Of a stretch of DNA of 64,000 nt, positions 47,452-60,700 are shown one piece after another. The stretch's first letter is position 1. The number at the start of each line of letters is the position of its first letter. The stretch is from Neoechinorhynchus agilis. Taxonomy: Eukaryota > Animalia > Acanthocephala. The notes under the pieces were generated by a model. It did not search any database. It was given only the letters and a program-made list of their open reading frames with translations, and was not told the origin of the DNA. Both the position numbers and the translations under genes were made by a program. The stretch lies in contig CM121342.1 in assembly GCA_051530055.1 (NCBI GenBank), positions 14,771,480 to 14,835,479 on the forward strand. Reading direction: 5' to 3'.

Positions 47452-48453
47452 ATGGAGCTGAGGGTTGCGCTAAAATACCGTCTTGGTCGCAAACTTGGGT
47501 CCGGTTCCTTTGGACACATTTACATGGCTGAGGATGTTGATACCGGAGAACAGGTTGCGATTAAACTGGAAGAGACAAGGTCAAAGCATTTACAGTTGGC
47601 CGTTGAGAATCGAATATATTCGATCTTGCAAGGAGGTCTGGGTGTGCCAAGAATAAAATGGTTCGGGCAGGAAGGGGACTACAACGCGCTAGTGATTGAG
47701 CTTCTTGGACCAAGCCTGGAAGATCTGTACAACTTCTGCGGGCGTCAATTTTCCCTCAAGACTGTCCTAATGCTTGCTGATCAAATGATCAGTCGAATCG
47801 AACATGTTCATTCGCGTGGATACATTCATCGGGACATCAAACCAGACAATTTCATGATGGGCGTTCACAACCTAGGCAATATTGTCTATCTCGGGGATTT
47901 TGGTCTCGGAAAGCGGTATATGGATTCTGGAACGGGTCGACATATACCCTATAGAGATAATCGTAGTCTCACCGGTACTGCCCGGTATGCGAGTATTCAC
48001 ACCCATCTTGGAATTGAACAAAGTCGGCGAGACGACCTTGAGTCTTTGGCGTATGTTCTTATCTATTTGAGACGTGGATCACTTCCCTGGCAGGGCATTA
48101 GAGCTCTTACGAAACGCCAAAAATATGAGAAAATAAGTGAAAAGAAGATGGCGACTAGTGTTGACGATTTGTGCAAGGGGCTCGAAGGTGAATTCGCGAG
48201 ATTTACAGAAAAATGCAGAAAGTTGAAGTTTGATGAGAAGCCGAGCTATGAAGCGTATCGGGAACGATTTGGACGTTTATTTTGTGAAATGGGTTATTGC
48301 AAAGATAACGGATTTGATTGGATCAACAAAGGAAGTGTGAGGCGAATGGAAGTCGTGAATTTTAGCCAACGAAAAAGAGAAGCAGAAGATGATGTAAATG
48401 TTCTTCACGAATGCCTTAAATGTGCTGCCGGGGGTGGTCATGATGTCTGTTAG
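47452..48453 (+). CDS. CK1: Casein kinase I (delta/epsilon-like), intronless, short C-terminal tail
   Basis: [55 protein letters not shown] and [11 protein letters not shown]; catalytic residues intact. A single 333-aa ORF. Confidence 0.96.
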   Translation: MELRVALKYRLGRKLGSGSFGHIYMAEDVDTGEQVAIKLEETRSKHLQLAVENRIYSILQGGLGVPRIKWFGQEGDYNALVIELLGPSLEDLYNFCGRQFSLKTVLMLADQMISRIEHVHSRGYIHRDIKPDNFMMGVHNLGNIVYLGDFGLGKRYMDSGTGRHIPYRDNRSLTGTARYASIHTHLGIEQSRRDDLESLAYVLIYLRRGSLPWQGIRALTKRQKYEKISEKKMATSVDDLCKGLEGEFARFTEKCRKLKFDEKPSYEAYRERFGRLFCEMGYCKDNGFDWINKGSVRRMEVVNFSQRKREAEDDVNVLHECLKCAAGGGHDVC

Positions 48454-49222
48454 TCCAGAAAATAAAAAAAGTTTGAAAAGTTGACGGGCTTTAGAACGCG
48501 ACTCGAATCACCCGCTGATTTTACCTATTATCTTAATCTTCTCATTGGTTAGCTAAAGAGAAAATTAAAAGTTAGATGTACAACTTATTCAGTTTATTGA
48601 ATTTCAATGTGACTGCTGACAAACCAGCATTAAAAACTCGTCAAAGCCAAAATTATTACCCATGGTGAACAGAAGGAGTGCTGAGAGAAAAAAACTAAAT
48701 CGTCAAATTTAAATTGAGTTCGGGTTTATTTTTAGAAATCATAACTTTTTCAGAAGGCACTGATTTTTCAGTAACGCTCTAATAAACTTCAAACTCATTG
48801 TTCAATTTGTAGCGCAAATGTAATCAGATTAGAATGTAAATTGACTACTGAGAAATCGTGTGAATACATCTTCTTGTTGGATACACCAATGATCATTATC
48901 GACTCATTTGATTTTAAATAAAATGTGAGATTCATAAGAAAGCATTTTACTTAGTTATTCTATCAAATAATCTATGAATCGACCTTATATTCGTCGGAAT
49001 AGTGTTCTTACAAAATAAAATGATTAAATATAACTTTACCAGAAAAAAGGGCAATTTTCAATGTATTGTATTACCAGGGTTGCCTATTTCGAGAATTTTG
49101 ATTTCGTTCATGTCACTATCATGAAGGACGTTCAATGAAGTATAGTAAAAATTCCGAGGAAACCATTTTCCCAACTTATAAACCGATACGATGATACTTT
49201 TGAGGAATGTATATATTTTTAA

Positions 49223-49440
49223 GGTTTTTGAGCATAATCCCCTGGTTAACGATTCCTTTGTTATTAGGAAATATTTCGAAAGAGGAAACCACGCCTCATG
49301 CGGGTCATTGTTAAAGTGTTGTCTTCGCAATTTAATGTATGAAACACTTTAGCAATGACTTGCATGAGACGAGGTTTCCTCTTTCGAAATATTTCATAAT
49401 AATAAAAGAATCTTTAACCAGGGGATTATGTTCAAAAACC
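49223..49440. repeat. Long foldback: about 98-bp arms, 22-nt spacer
   Basis: 49223-49320 vs reverse complement of 49343-49440, about 10 mismatches (manual alignment). Confidence 0.9.
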
Positions 49441-51324
49441 ATTCAGTATATATTTTTTGCTTATTCAAATGTTGCCTTTTTTCAAGGTTGATAATTTTTC
49501 CTTGGTCACACAGCTTACTGATCTATGTCAAGGAGGCGCATAAAGTCACTTATGCCGAGGTGTTCTAGTGGACTAAAGATCTTGATCTCAGTTTGGGTCA
49601 AAGAGTTCAAATCAACGATCACCGATGGCTCACAAATAAAGGGGACGAAATGCCACCAAAGGGAGGAAACTCAATAATGAGTCCAACCTTCCACCTTAGG
49701 GTTCATGGGAATTTAAGCTCAGACTAATGCTTCTCCAGACCGAAATCAATAGGCTATGCGCCTAAAGAAAAATTATCAGCCGTGAAAAAAAGTCACACTT
49801 AAAAAAACAAAAATAAAAATTACCGGCTAGCCAGACTTCGAAAAGTGTATATATATTAAACCTTTCGTCTAGCAGATTAAAACATTAATTTTTGCGAATA
49901 GAACTGAGCTGGTCATTAGATTCATGTTGATGTTTCAAGAAAAATCGTTATGGAGTTCAACACGATTGAATCAAATATACAATTTAAATTATTAAAAAGT
50001 TGTGTCGTCAGATCTCGAAAAAATCTGTGGAATTTAGATCGACGAACGGCTTTAATAGTGTATAATGCATCCTTCTTTAAAGGAAAATTTCATCCACAAA
50101 ATACAATCGTCCTTGGCTTTCTAAGGAACTTCAGAAATATAAGTCAAGAAATGGACTTTGGGAAGAACAATTCAAGCGAAGAAAGGCGAAAATGAAAAGC
50201 AGGGGTAGATTTTAGAATAAAAGAAGGATGGAAACTTTGGAAACCGTACATGTGAGAATAGTGGTTGAGAAATGTAATCGGACGCGACGAAATAGAGAAA
50301 AGGTATAAAAAAGGTTAATGGGAAGAGGGACGAAATAGGAGTTTAAAAGTTGAAAACGGGAAAATGAGAAAACTTTGCGGGAAAGGTCAAACATGGGAAT
50401 AACAAGGTTCTAAAGAATACAGATAAAGTTGAGAGAGGTGCAAGAGAAGAGTACTGGAGAAAGGGTGAAAAAGATCGAAGTCTATTAAATGGGGTAGGTT
50501 AATGAAAAGTGCCAAAAATGAACATTTATGGTGAAAAAATTAAAAGAATTTATTAGATCCGATATTTCGGAGCCACAGTCTTGTACTCGTTAATGAAGGT
50601 TGCTGATTTATCACTTTGAGAACTTTTTTACGCCATAAACAAACATGAATAAAAAAGGGATATCGAAAAAAGTTAAAAGCAGGTGCAAAAAGGTTAAATC
50701 AAAAATTCTTGTAGATACTTTAGAATACTCATTTGGGAGGTGTTCATTAATTTATTATGAAATATTTCGTGAGAATTTTCCCCGCATAACACCAAAAGCA
50801 AACAACCGCAACAGAGATCTAAACGAAGGGGCAAGGAAAATCTTCACTAAATATTTCATTATAAATTGATGGACAATTCATTGACCGTGGGCATAGCTCG
50901 CCAAATAAGGATACTATTCTCCCCGAGGAAAATTCTCGGTGAAATTGAGACTTTAGAATGCAAAATGACCATAGCAAACGAAACAAAGAACGTTTGAAAG
51001 TAGGAATGTTTTGAGAATTTAAAGTGAAAGCGAATTGGAGAAAAGAAATTGACGGTCGACGAAAAACGATTGAAGGGATTAAAGGTTATAAACAAAAGTT
51101 TGAAGATTGAACTGATCATATTGGTTGTTTTGTGGCGTAGAAAAATTAAAGTGATTTTATTTTAAAATCCGATATTTCCACACAATCTTGTACGCGTTTA
51201 TTAAGGTTGTTAAAGTGTTTTATTCGCATCTATAAACAAAAGTAGTAGCAATTAAAATGCGTTATATTCCTTATTTTCGTGACTTTTTGCAGGAAAATCG
51301 GTATAGAATTAGTTAAATTGTACG

Positions 51325-51731
51325 ATGGTGCACCTACCATTCGATGAAAAATTTCACTACCTCCTTTCCACTATAGTTATTTATTTATTTGATCACGCAC
51401 GCATACTGTTAGTTTAAGAGTTGTTTTCTTCAGATTGAGTTGATTGGTCTTACGACATCTTCTTTTGGGCCTCTTGGCTATATTCCTTTTTTTTAGGAGC
51501 CTTTCGGCTGACCTGCACACATCGGAGGCGCTTAGCCGCACTCGAAGGGACAGGGCCAACCCACTTTTTTGTGGGCCTATGTGTGATTTCAAACTTGACC
51601 CCGCCTCTTCCAGTAGCCTCGCACACCCGTGGAACCCAGCGACCGGTGGCGTTGAACCTTCGACATATCGAGCACATTATGAACGCGCACACCACACGGC
51701 CACTGAACTTCCGCACAATGCACCGCTTTGA
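51325..51731 (+). CDS. Possible two-exon small secreted pro-peptide
   Basis: ATG 51325 to donor 51408 and acceptor 51496 join in phase 2, giving MVHLPFDEKFHYLLSTIVIYLFDHARILSLSADLHTSEALSRTRR|DRANPLFCGPMCDFKL... The second exon is GC-rich relative to its flanks. No homology recognised. Confidence 0.3.
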
Positions 51732-51763
51732 ACATGTTTATTTTTTAAGCGCTCCATAGAAGA

Positions 51764-51895
51764 TAGAGAATTATTGTTTAGATGTCGTCTGATTTTTTAT
51801 TCCATCGAAAATGTCTATTACTAACAAACTGGTGATGAACCCTACGAGGTTCGAAGCGTCTTTAATCGAAACAATCATTTACCGGGTGTAGACTC
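51764..51895 (+). repeat. Family A hammerhead repeat, sense orientation, mutated core
   Basis: tagagaattattgtttagatgtc...aaactggtgatgaaccctacgaggttcgaagcgtctttaat is the reverse-complement homologue of 15680-15808. Confidence 0.8.
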
Positions 51896-53449
51896 AAAAT
51901 TCGTTCTTGGTACATTTACCGCATTTGATAAGCTTCCTAGTGTTCGTATTTGATTCAAAGGAATATATTTAAGGATTTATAATTGTCGAGAAAAGTCATT
52001 TTTGGTCTACAACGTCCATCCTTTACGCATTCCACATTGAAACTTCACTTCCGTTTTCTCTAGATTGCAATACTCGTTTGCACTAACGAGATATTGTTTT
52101 AATGTTTGCTGTAGCTTTATTTGTAGCTTGTTCGATTATCATCCATTTTTAGTAAAAATGAGTTGAAATCCTCTTAAAAATACGAACAACGCTAAAAAAA
52201 TTAAACTAATTGCTACTATTTTGTTTTTAGGAAAATAATTAATACATTACAAATTTAGAAAATCTTAAAAAATACATAATAATGGGACGGTACGGGGTTA
52301 GCAATTTTTAAAGCCACATTAGACTTCATAAGATTTCAAAACAAGTGTACATCCTGATTTTATTTCAAACCGCGACAAAATGTTATAAACATTTTATTGA
52401 AATATTTTATGATCCGCGTAATATCTTATTCAATATATTTTATTCGGGATTATGATCGCCACATCACCAAGCCCGAAGGATTTTCTCTTGATGAGCTTTG
52501 TAGGCATTCTCCACAACCTTGTTTGCGTAATTAGCCATTACTCTTTAAGCTGTTTTCATCACTAACTGACATTTTCTAATTTCGTTACACTAAATGAAGA
52601 TGTGAAACTTTGGCGGAGGGGTGCTGTGTAACAAGACTACATCGCTCCATTAACCTTCTTTATGTTTCGGATGAATATCTTATTTCAAAAGGAATAAAAA
52701 AGTACTGATGACAACATATGAACATCTTTATTCTCCATTGCCTCGAGGACCCAGCATTTCCTTCTTTGGAATCGTTGATTCTCTGATAAAAATAGTTGGC
52801 TGCTTCACACACGAATATTTTGGTTTCCAACTATGGACGAATTCAGAAAAACATGAAGTAACAAGGGCTGCATGGGTATCCTTGATGCGAACTTCCTTTT
52901 AGTTCAAGCCTAAACAATGAATAAAGCCTCATAAAATCTAATTTAAGTCAAACTTTTTTTGGCAGGAAACAATAATAAATTTATTGCATCAATGGAGCAT
53001 TTATAAAAAGGCTTAATAATACCTTTTAGCCGCCATTGCTGAACGCCCATGTATGTCTCAAGAATACTGCTATTCATGTAAGCGGACTTTGCTTCGATAA
53101 AATATTGTCCTACTTTTTCTTGTAGGCTTCTTGCGATTCTCGGTTCAGTTCTATTCGGTAGCTGCTCTACGTGTGAGCGAAATCATAGAGGCGAAACTAC
53201 TCTCGATAGACTCATTGCAATGCTCACTAACAAGAAGATGAATGCCATGTTCCTTGTGGGAAAGAGAGGAAAGTCCGAACCGATCGTCCAAAGTGTCAAT
53301 TTCAGACAGTCGTCTGCTGGACCCAGTAGAGCTCAGTTATATGCAGGATGATGATGAGATACGATGCAAAGTTAAGCTAAATAGAATTCGTCTGTTAACG
53401 ATATACAAATGGTTTAATTAGCAAATGCAACGGGGGTTAACATATTCAT

Positions 53450-55317
53450 GTATGTCGGGTAAAATTGCTAACCAATAATTTTAGAATCCAAGTACCTTTT
53501 TTGCTTGTTCGTTAACAAACTTTTCTGCGTTTTATTCATTCAACGTTTTACGGGGCTACATTCATTTTTCTAAGGAAAAAATACCTTCAGTTATACTTCA
53601 TTGATTCAAAAACAAAAACTTCAGTTTCCTAGGACGACGTGAACTTTGTCCCTATAGCCAATACAATATTTCGTGGATTAAATCCTGCTTTAATAATTTC
53701 AGCGCTTCTTGACTCATATACGCATGCAGGTTCAATTTCGATGTATGTTGTCTCGATCTTCACCAAGTTCTTCAACTTCCAAATGCAAACTTTACCATCA
53801 GAACTGCACGTTACTGTCCAAACGTTTAAGAGATTTCTTTTTCCGTGAAATCGTGAAAAACAAATGGAACGCACGGGGTGTGAGTGAGCATGGATTATAC
53901 GAAAATATTTGTTATCGGATGAACGTATGTCATAGAAAACTGTTGATCCATCTCGAAGACCGCAAAGTATATACCTTCCACAGCTAGAAAACTCAATGCA
54001 TTCGGATCGGGAGGGCAAAGTGTCGAATTGCCGTGCCATCGGCTGATTTTCGCGTGGTTGAACAATCCATAGGACCAGTTTTCCACGGATACAGGAGGAG
54101 GCTAACAATGTTCCGTTCGGATGAAATTTCACTTGTCGAACAGGAGAATCGTGTTGAATCCAAATCGCGATCGAATAAACCTTATCTTCCGTCCATATAC
54201 GAACTGAGCGATCAAAACTGCCAGAAGCAAAATAAGTTCCTATTGGTTAGGGATTGTTTAGATATGTAAGATGTCGACAAAACAACTATACCACCTCAAC
54301 AAATTCGCCACATTAACTGGTTTTTCTCAAACAATCCTTAACTGATCTAAAGGACTAAAATCGATAGAGCTAACCGTCTCATAGTGCTGTTCATGGATCA
54401 TCGTACAAGTTAGCGACTTTAAATCCCACGCAAAGATTTTTCCGTTCATGAATCCACTCAGCAGTGACTTTTCATTGTTACTGAAACATAGAGCAGTCAC
54501 GGGACCACGAATTCGGTCTTCATCTTCTATAACCGAAAAGTCTTCGGCAACACTATCGGGATTTTTGTGAACATTCATTATTCGAATAGTTGAATCGGTC
54601 ATTCCAAAAGCCACACGTTCAAAAGTTGGCGAGAATTCACAACAAATGATACAAGTTGAAGGGCATGATAGATTTAACAAGCAACAGGATGGAACGTTCT
54701 CGGGTTTATCAGCTTTTTCTATCTCAGAGTCAAGAAAAGATTGAACTTCATTTTCATGCTCAATCCTCCTTTGTCTCGGCGCATCATTAAATTCAACGGG
54801 TCCATTATCGTCACAAGGTTTGTTTTCTCCGAAAACGATAGCTGAAATAAGTTGATAAAAGGCCGGATGATTTGCATTGAATGTGTGATGAACATGTTCA
54901 CGTATTGTAGAAGGTTCTTCAACCAATCTCAGACCAACACTCTCTAGCGGTTAAGAATAGTTGATTTAGTTGTAAGTTCGTAGGACAGTGGAAGTACCAT
55001 TCACCATTCGACGAATAATTGCCGATTATATCCTCTAAAATCTTGAACTCAGCCGTTGGATCATCGGATTTGAACCTGTCAACAATATAATGTGCCATCT
55101 CAGTGCTCACCTCAGTTGCCTTTAAGCATATTCTGGCTAAAGAAGCGAACAGGAACCAATCGCGTTCAGTCGCACTCACGTAGTCCATTGCGTCCACAAC
55201 TGATTTAAGAATGCTGAACGAATTGGTGAAGTCAACGATATCTCGTAATGTAAGAGAGATCTGCTGATTGGCGGGTGGAGGAGCGATTGATTTGTTCGGA
55301 GGGAATCTAGGTCGCAT
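53450..55317 (-). CDS. TAF5: Divergent TAF5/TAF5L-like WD40 protein, multi-exon
   Basis: N-terminal helical segment in the position of TFIID NTD2, then ENVPSCCLL...CEFSPTFERVAFGMTDSTIRIMNV, GPVTALCFS...LLSG...WDL..LTC...H...VSSIDFSP, KFHPNGTLLASS and FSSCGRYILCG, the order seen in TAF5-family propellers. 3' end approximate. Confidence 0.6.
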
Positions 55318-56357
55318 CTCTGAAATTTCAAGAGAGAACCTTCTCGTTTTGACTATGATTGAAATGTGAAAATTGTTCAATGTTCAGTTTATTTGATAGT
55401 TCTGATACAATCACCACCGTCCGTCGCAAGTTTTTAAATATGTGAGTTCGTGTAACCTTTAAAAAACTTACAGAAATATCGGGGAAATAAATTAGTAAAT
55501 ATTTGAATCTGCAGTGGATAAACTAAGAAAAAGAAAGTTTCTTTTCCCCCGAAGTTAATAATTGGAGACAAGATGAATAGTGAGGAATGGAGTGAAAACA
55601 CTGGGTTGGAATATAAGCGAAATTATTTGAAGATTGAATTATTAATGTTTATACCTGAAAATTGAAGTAAAATATTAAGTCCAATACTCTTAATACTTTA
55701 AAAACCTTCTAGAAAAAGGCACGAGATTGTGCGCCCCTCAAAAATATCGGACCAAATAAATTACAACGCCGAAATCGAACGAAGAATCGGAAAAGAATAA
55801 GATATATGCTAAAATGATGAAAGAAAGACAAACGTGAAGAGGGTGGAAGAGCAAGAATGAAATTTGAAAAATTTACGAAAGCGACTTTCGGCTGAATCGA
55901 AATAAAGTGAAGAACTAGATTGAGGTCAAAAGATACCTGGGAAAAACAAGAAAAATGTTCATTTTAAAAAGTCAAGTCTCACGAGTTGAACAAAAGGATT
56001 GAAAGGTTAAATAGACAACAGAGTCGAAAAAACCCATAGGATTTGTAGGTCATTTCGGTCCTTGAGCGTGTAAATGTCTCCTACACTTTTTGATTTTCAT
56101 TAAATTCAGTGTTCAGTCCTTCACTGCCATTTTTCCCTATAATGTTCATTTGTTGAGATTCCGTTCAATCTTATTTTCCCAGTCATTTTTACATAGCGAT
56201 CAAATTGGCGTAATTTCGATCGTATGACTTTTAGGTATTATTTTAAAACCAATTGCCGTAGGTGTGTCAAAAATTTAAATATATTAGTTGAAGTAATGTC
56301 GCTTAGTTCATACGCTCAGCAATTGACTCACTATTCGTTTTTATAAAGTGCAAGAGC

Positions 56358-57167
56358 AAACAATAATCACCAACTTTCTCACTTGATCGGACCCGTAATT
56401 CACTCCGAAATTAACATCAACATTCATTTAACCTGTTCGGAACTCGAGTTTTCCCGAGAACCAAAAGGTACATTGATCCTCTTCTTTGTTCAATAATAAA
56501 ACGTTTTATTATTATATTGCCAAATCTTTTCTTGTATAATTACCAGAAACGAACCAAAGGAAAGACCCAACACCATAAACTCTCCTTTAAACAATAATCA
56601 CCAACTTTCTCACTTGATCGGACCCGTAATTCACTCCGAAATTAACTTAACATTCATTTAACCTGTTCGGAACTCGAGTTTTCGCGAAAACCCAAAGGTA
56701 CATTAATCCTCTTCTTTGTTCAATAATAAAACGTTTTATTATTATATTGCCAAATCTTTTCTTGTATAATTACCAGAAACGAACCAAAGGAAAGACCCAA
56801 CCTTATAAACTCTCCTTTAAACAATAATCACCAACTTTCTCACTTGATCGGACCCGTAATTCACTCCGAAATTAACTTCAACATTCATTTAACCTATTCA
56901 GAACTTGAGTTTTCCCGAGAACCAAAAGGTACATTAATCCTCTTCTTTGTTCAATAATAAAACGTTTTATTATTATACTGCCCAATCTTTTCTTGTATAA
57001 TTACCAGAAACGAACCAAAGGAAAGGCCCAACGCCATAAACTCTCCTTTAAATAATAATCATCGACTTTCTCACTTGATCGCACCCGTAATTAACTCCGA
57101 AATTAACATCAACATTCATTTAACCTGTTCGGAACTCGAGTTTCATTTAACCTTTTTAGAACTCGAG
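56358..57167 (+). repeat. Second array of the same 231-bp satellite, about 3.5 copies
   Basis: caataatcaccaac at 56361, 56592 and 56822. Same unit, orientation and palindrome as 12245-13682. Confidence 0.95.
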
Positions 57168-57749
57168 TGTTCGTGAGCTAAAATTTGCCCAGTTAGAAAT
57201 TACGATTCGTAGGCGATTTAGTTGACATATTTTTTGAAATTACGTAACGATATTTGTCTATTTTATGGAGTTTATCATCGCAAAAAGACGGTTGCGTGTA
57301 GGATTGCATTATTCGCTTGTCGACACCAGATGGAGATCGCATTAAAGACGAATATATTTTGACTGATTGAATTGAGAATGACTGAATCAGTCAGTCGAAA
57401 TGTATTGGTCTTCAATCCGATCTCCCTCGGATGTTGACAAGCGACCTAAATAACACCAAACTTACTTTCGTTATAGTTTTTAGCTATAAATTATCAGTGG
57501 TTTAAACTAAACGTAAAGTACACAGCGTCTCGATCAATATATTTATTAAAAGATTTATTTATCCTTCGATATACTAATAATTTAAATTTAGTGCTGAAAT
57601 TTCGAGTTTAAATCTAAGTGATCGTACACGAACTAATGAATTTTATGAGATTGCTGATGCTTTTAAGCCTCATGCCGAGAAACCATAATACATAATTTGC
57701 GTTTATTTTATAATTTGCAATTAAATTGTTTTATACAACATATTTAATT

Positions 57750-60700
57750 CTAATTTTTACTCCGATGAATTGCGTCGAATGCATCTGCAATCGCGTTTAG
57801 TTCTCTACACGTATTTAAAGCATTCGTAAGATATTGATCTTCGAATATTGATGGTTTTGGAGGTTTAAAAGTAGCACCGGTGACTAGGCTTCTTTTTTGA
57901 GGACGAGGAGGTGGCGTTCTTTTTTCTGCTTTTGAAGGCGCGAAACGGTTTGGCGCTGAAGTTGAGTTTTGACTTTGCATTAACATACAATTGAATCTCT
58001 TGGGCGGTGTGGTGCTCTTGGGGCCCAAAGATTGTCTTGGCAGTTCCGCAAAGTTCGAACATGCCATATTCGTACCGGCTAGATCATCGGTTCCATTCAA
58101 TGATTCTATGAAATTGGTTTGCACATCCTTTTCTTTTAATTCGCAATCTATTATATACAAATTATTTTTAGAATAATTGAAATCATCGTTACCTTTTAGT
58201 TTATTTATTTTCGAATTTCCTGTCCTATTATTTACAAGGCGCCGTATAGATCGTTCAAATAGTCTGAGTCTATGTTGTGCACGATTGTTCGCATCTTCAA
58301 AATCCTTTGTTTGCTTGATTATCTGGGACTTTAGTTCTTCTTGTGATTGCTCCAAGACTGTCACCCTTTTTCTATACCGACGAGCATGATTCTCCAAATC
58401 CTTGTTCCCTGTTAGAAGCTTCTTTTTCTCAATCTTGTTCTTCTTTAGTTCTACAATCATTTGACTATTTAATTTCCTTATCATTTCATATTGATGGACA
58501 GCATTAACCGAAATGTTATCCCGAAGTTCCGCCTTTAACTTGTCAATTTTACGTTCTTGCCTCTGTATAGTTATTGATTTATCTTGATTGTCACTTAAAA
58601 CGCAATCATACTTCTTTTGAATAGTTTCCACTTTTTCTAACAATTCCCCATTTTGCACAAGGAGATTTTCTAATTTCATAGAACCTTCTGCTAGTTTCGT
58701 ATTCTTCTCCCTTAATTCATTATAAAGATATTCGTATTTAGTTTTGAGATCAGAGATATCAGTTTTAGCATTTTCCAAACAACCTTGAAGTCTTAGATTT
58801 TCTTCTTTGTTTTTTATAAGTCCTGTATTTTCCTCTAAATTCCTAGACTGTTCCAAATGCTCTAGTTTTCCCATAATTTTTTGAAGTTTTAGTTCCAGTG
58901 ATCGCTTATCAGTTTTCCATTTTATTTCTTTCTCTAAGAACTGTTGAACTTTCTTTTCAGCCATGTCCAACTCTGCTTTCAATTTCACTTCGACCTCAAC
59001 AATTTCCCGATCTCTTGATTTCCTTGTAATTTCATTTTGCTCGTTGATTTCCTTGAGTTGATTCAATTTAGCATTTAAGTCATTTATCAGTTGACCGTTA
59101 GCCTGAGATTCTGCAACCATTTCTTCATTTTGCTTTCTGACTTTTTCTAATTGGTTTTCCATTCCCACTAAAGCTTTCACTTTCGTATCCAATTTCTCAT
59201 TGGCTGCTTTAAGGGATCGCTCCAGCTTACTTATTTTCTGTTGGCTTTCATTGATACGATAGTGCATCTCCCGTTCCGTTTTCGATACTCCCATTTCCTT
59301 TTCTTGCTGGATAGACGAAAGCTTCGTTTTTAAATCCTGATTTTTCTTAGTCATTTCCTCTAATTCCGAAGAAAGCGTTGCATACTTCTTGTTTTTCTGC
59401 TCAATGTCATACTCAGTAAGCTTCTGCTTCCTTTTTAGTTGTGTATTTTGAGCATTAAGATCATTGTTTTGTTCTGATACCTCCTTAAGCTTGCGTTTGT
59501 GGTCAATCAATCGATTTTCCTTCTCACTCAACTTTTCCAAAATCTCTGTTTGGTGTTTCTGTAATTTCATCACCTCTACTTGTGCGTCTTTTGCAAGTGA
59601 TTTAAGCTCATTTTCTTTTTGCGATAAATCACCATTTTTTCCTTTTGTAAGCCTTAAATCTTCCGTCAAATTCTCATTCTGTTTTGTCAATTCTGCTATC
59701 CTCAAAATCTGATGTGAACAATTTTTGTTCCTTTCCTCTAAATCGTTTTCCAATGCCCTCGTGTTCGTTCTCAGCTTCTTAATTTCTATGTTTAATTTAT
59801 TGCTTTGCTCGGACATTTCCTTTAGCCTGCGATTAGTGTTCTCTAGCAGCTTTTCCTTCTCAATTAGCTCCTCCTTCAACATTTTGCACTTGGAATCCGA
59901 TTCTTGAATTGTGGGCGAGCGATTCTCTGTTTGAGGTTTAGTTTCTTGTTTTTGAAAATGACCAACAATCACGTCTTTTCCATTTTCACTTTGCAAAGCC
60001 TCTTTTGTATGCGTGTTCCAACCGAAAGGTTCGTCATCAGACTGATATTTTCCTGGCTGATCGTCTTCAGTTTTCTTACATTCGGTGTCATTTATTACAT
60101 CGGGACTTTTAATTGACTTTTTCTTGCCGTCGGTGCTTCCCTTGCCATTTGAATTCTGAATTTGCATGGTTTTTTCTTTTTGTTTCCCTTGCTCAGTTGA
60201 TTGACCATTTTCCCTTTTATCCACAGCAGCCATCAGATCCGACAAAGATGAGTAAGGGCAATTTTTATCGTATGAGTGTTCATCTTCACTTATAAGTATA
60301 GTGTTTATTGTTGTTTTCCTGTCATTGTCTCCATCGAACAACAATGCTGACAAAAGACAAGTGAGTGTCGTTTGGTCGCTCGCGTTCAATCTTGTGCACA
60401 TTTCGAGGAATAAATCACTAACTGAAGGCGTAGACAGTCCGTATCCGTAAAAGCTCAAAATCAAGACAGCGCGCCCTAACAGCTCCATTGGTTTAATCGC
60501 CATCTTATAGCGATTCTCTAAAAACTTTTTCATTTCGCTTGGCCTTTTTCCAAGCATCGAAAAATCTTCATGTGGATTTTGTTCATTCACATTTTTTTCA
60601 ATTTGACAGCAAATGTCCTCCATTATTTTATAAACACCATTTGGGTCATTAATAGAAATCCAAATTTTAATATTTCGTCGGATCTTACATGTCGGAGATA

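Noticed and set aside
51444-51496. Signal peptide at the start of ORF 51444-51731
   Set aside because: The ORF starts at TTG and the hydrophobic residues derive from a polypyrimidine tract ending ttttag, i.e. probably intron.
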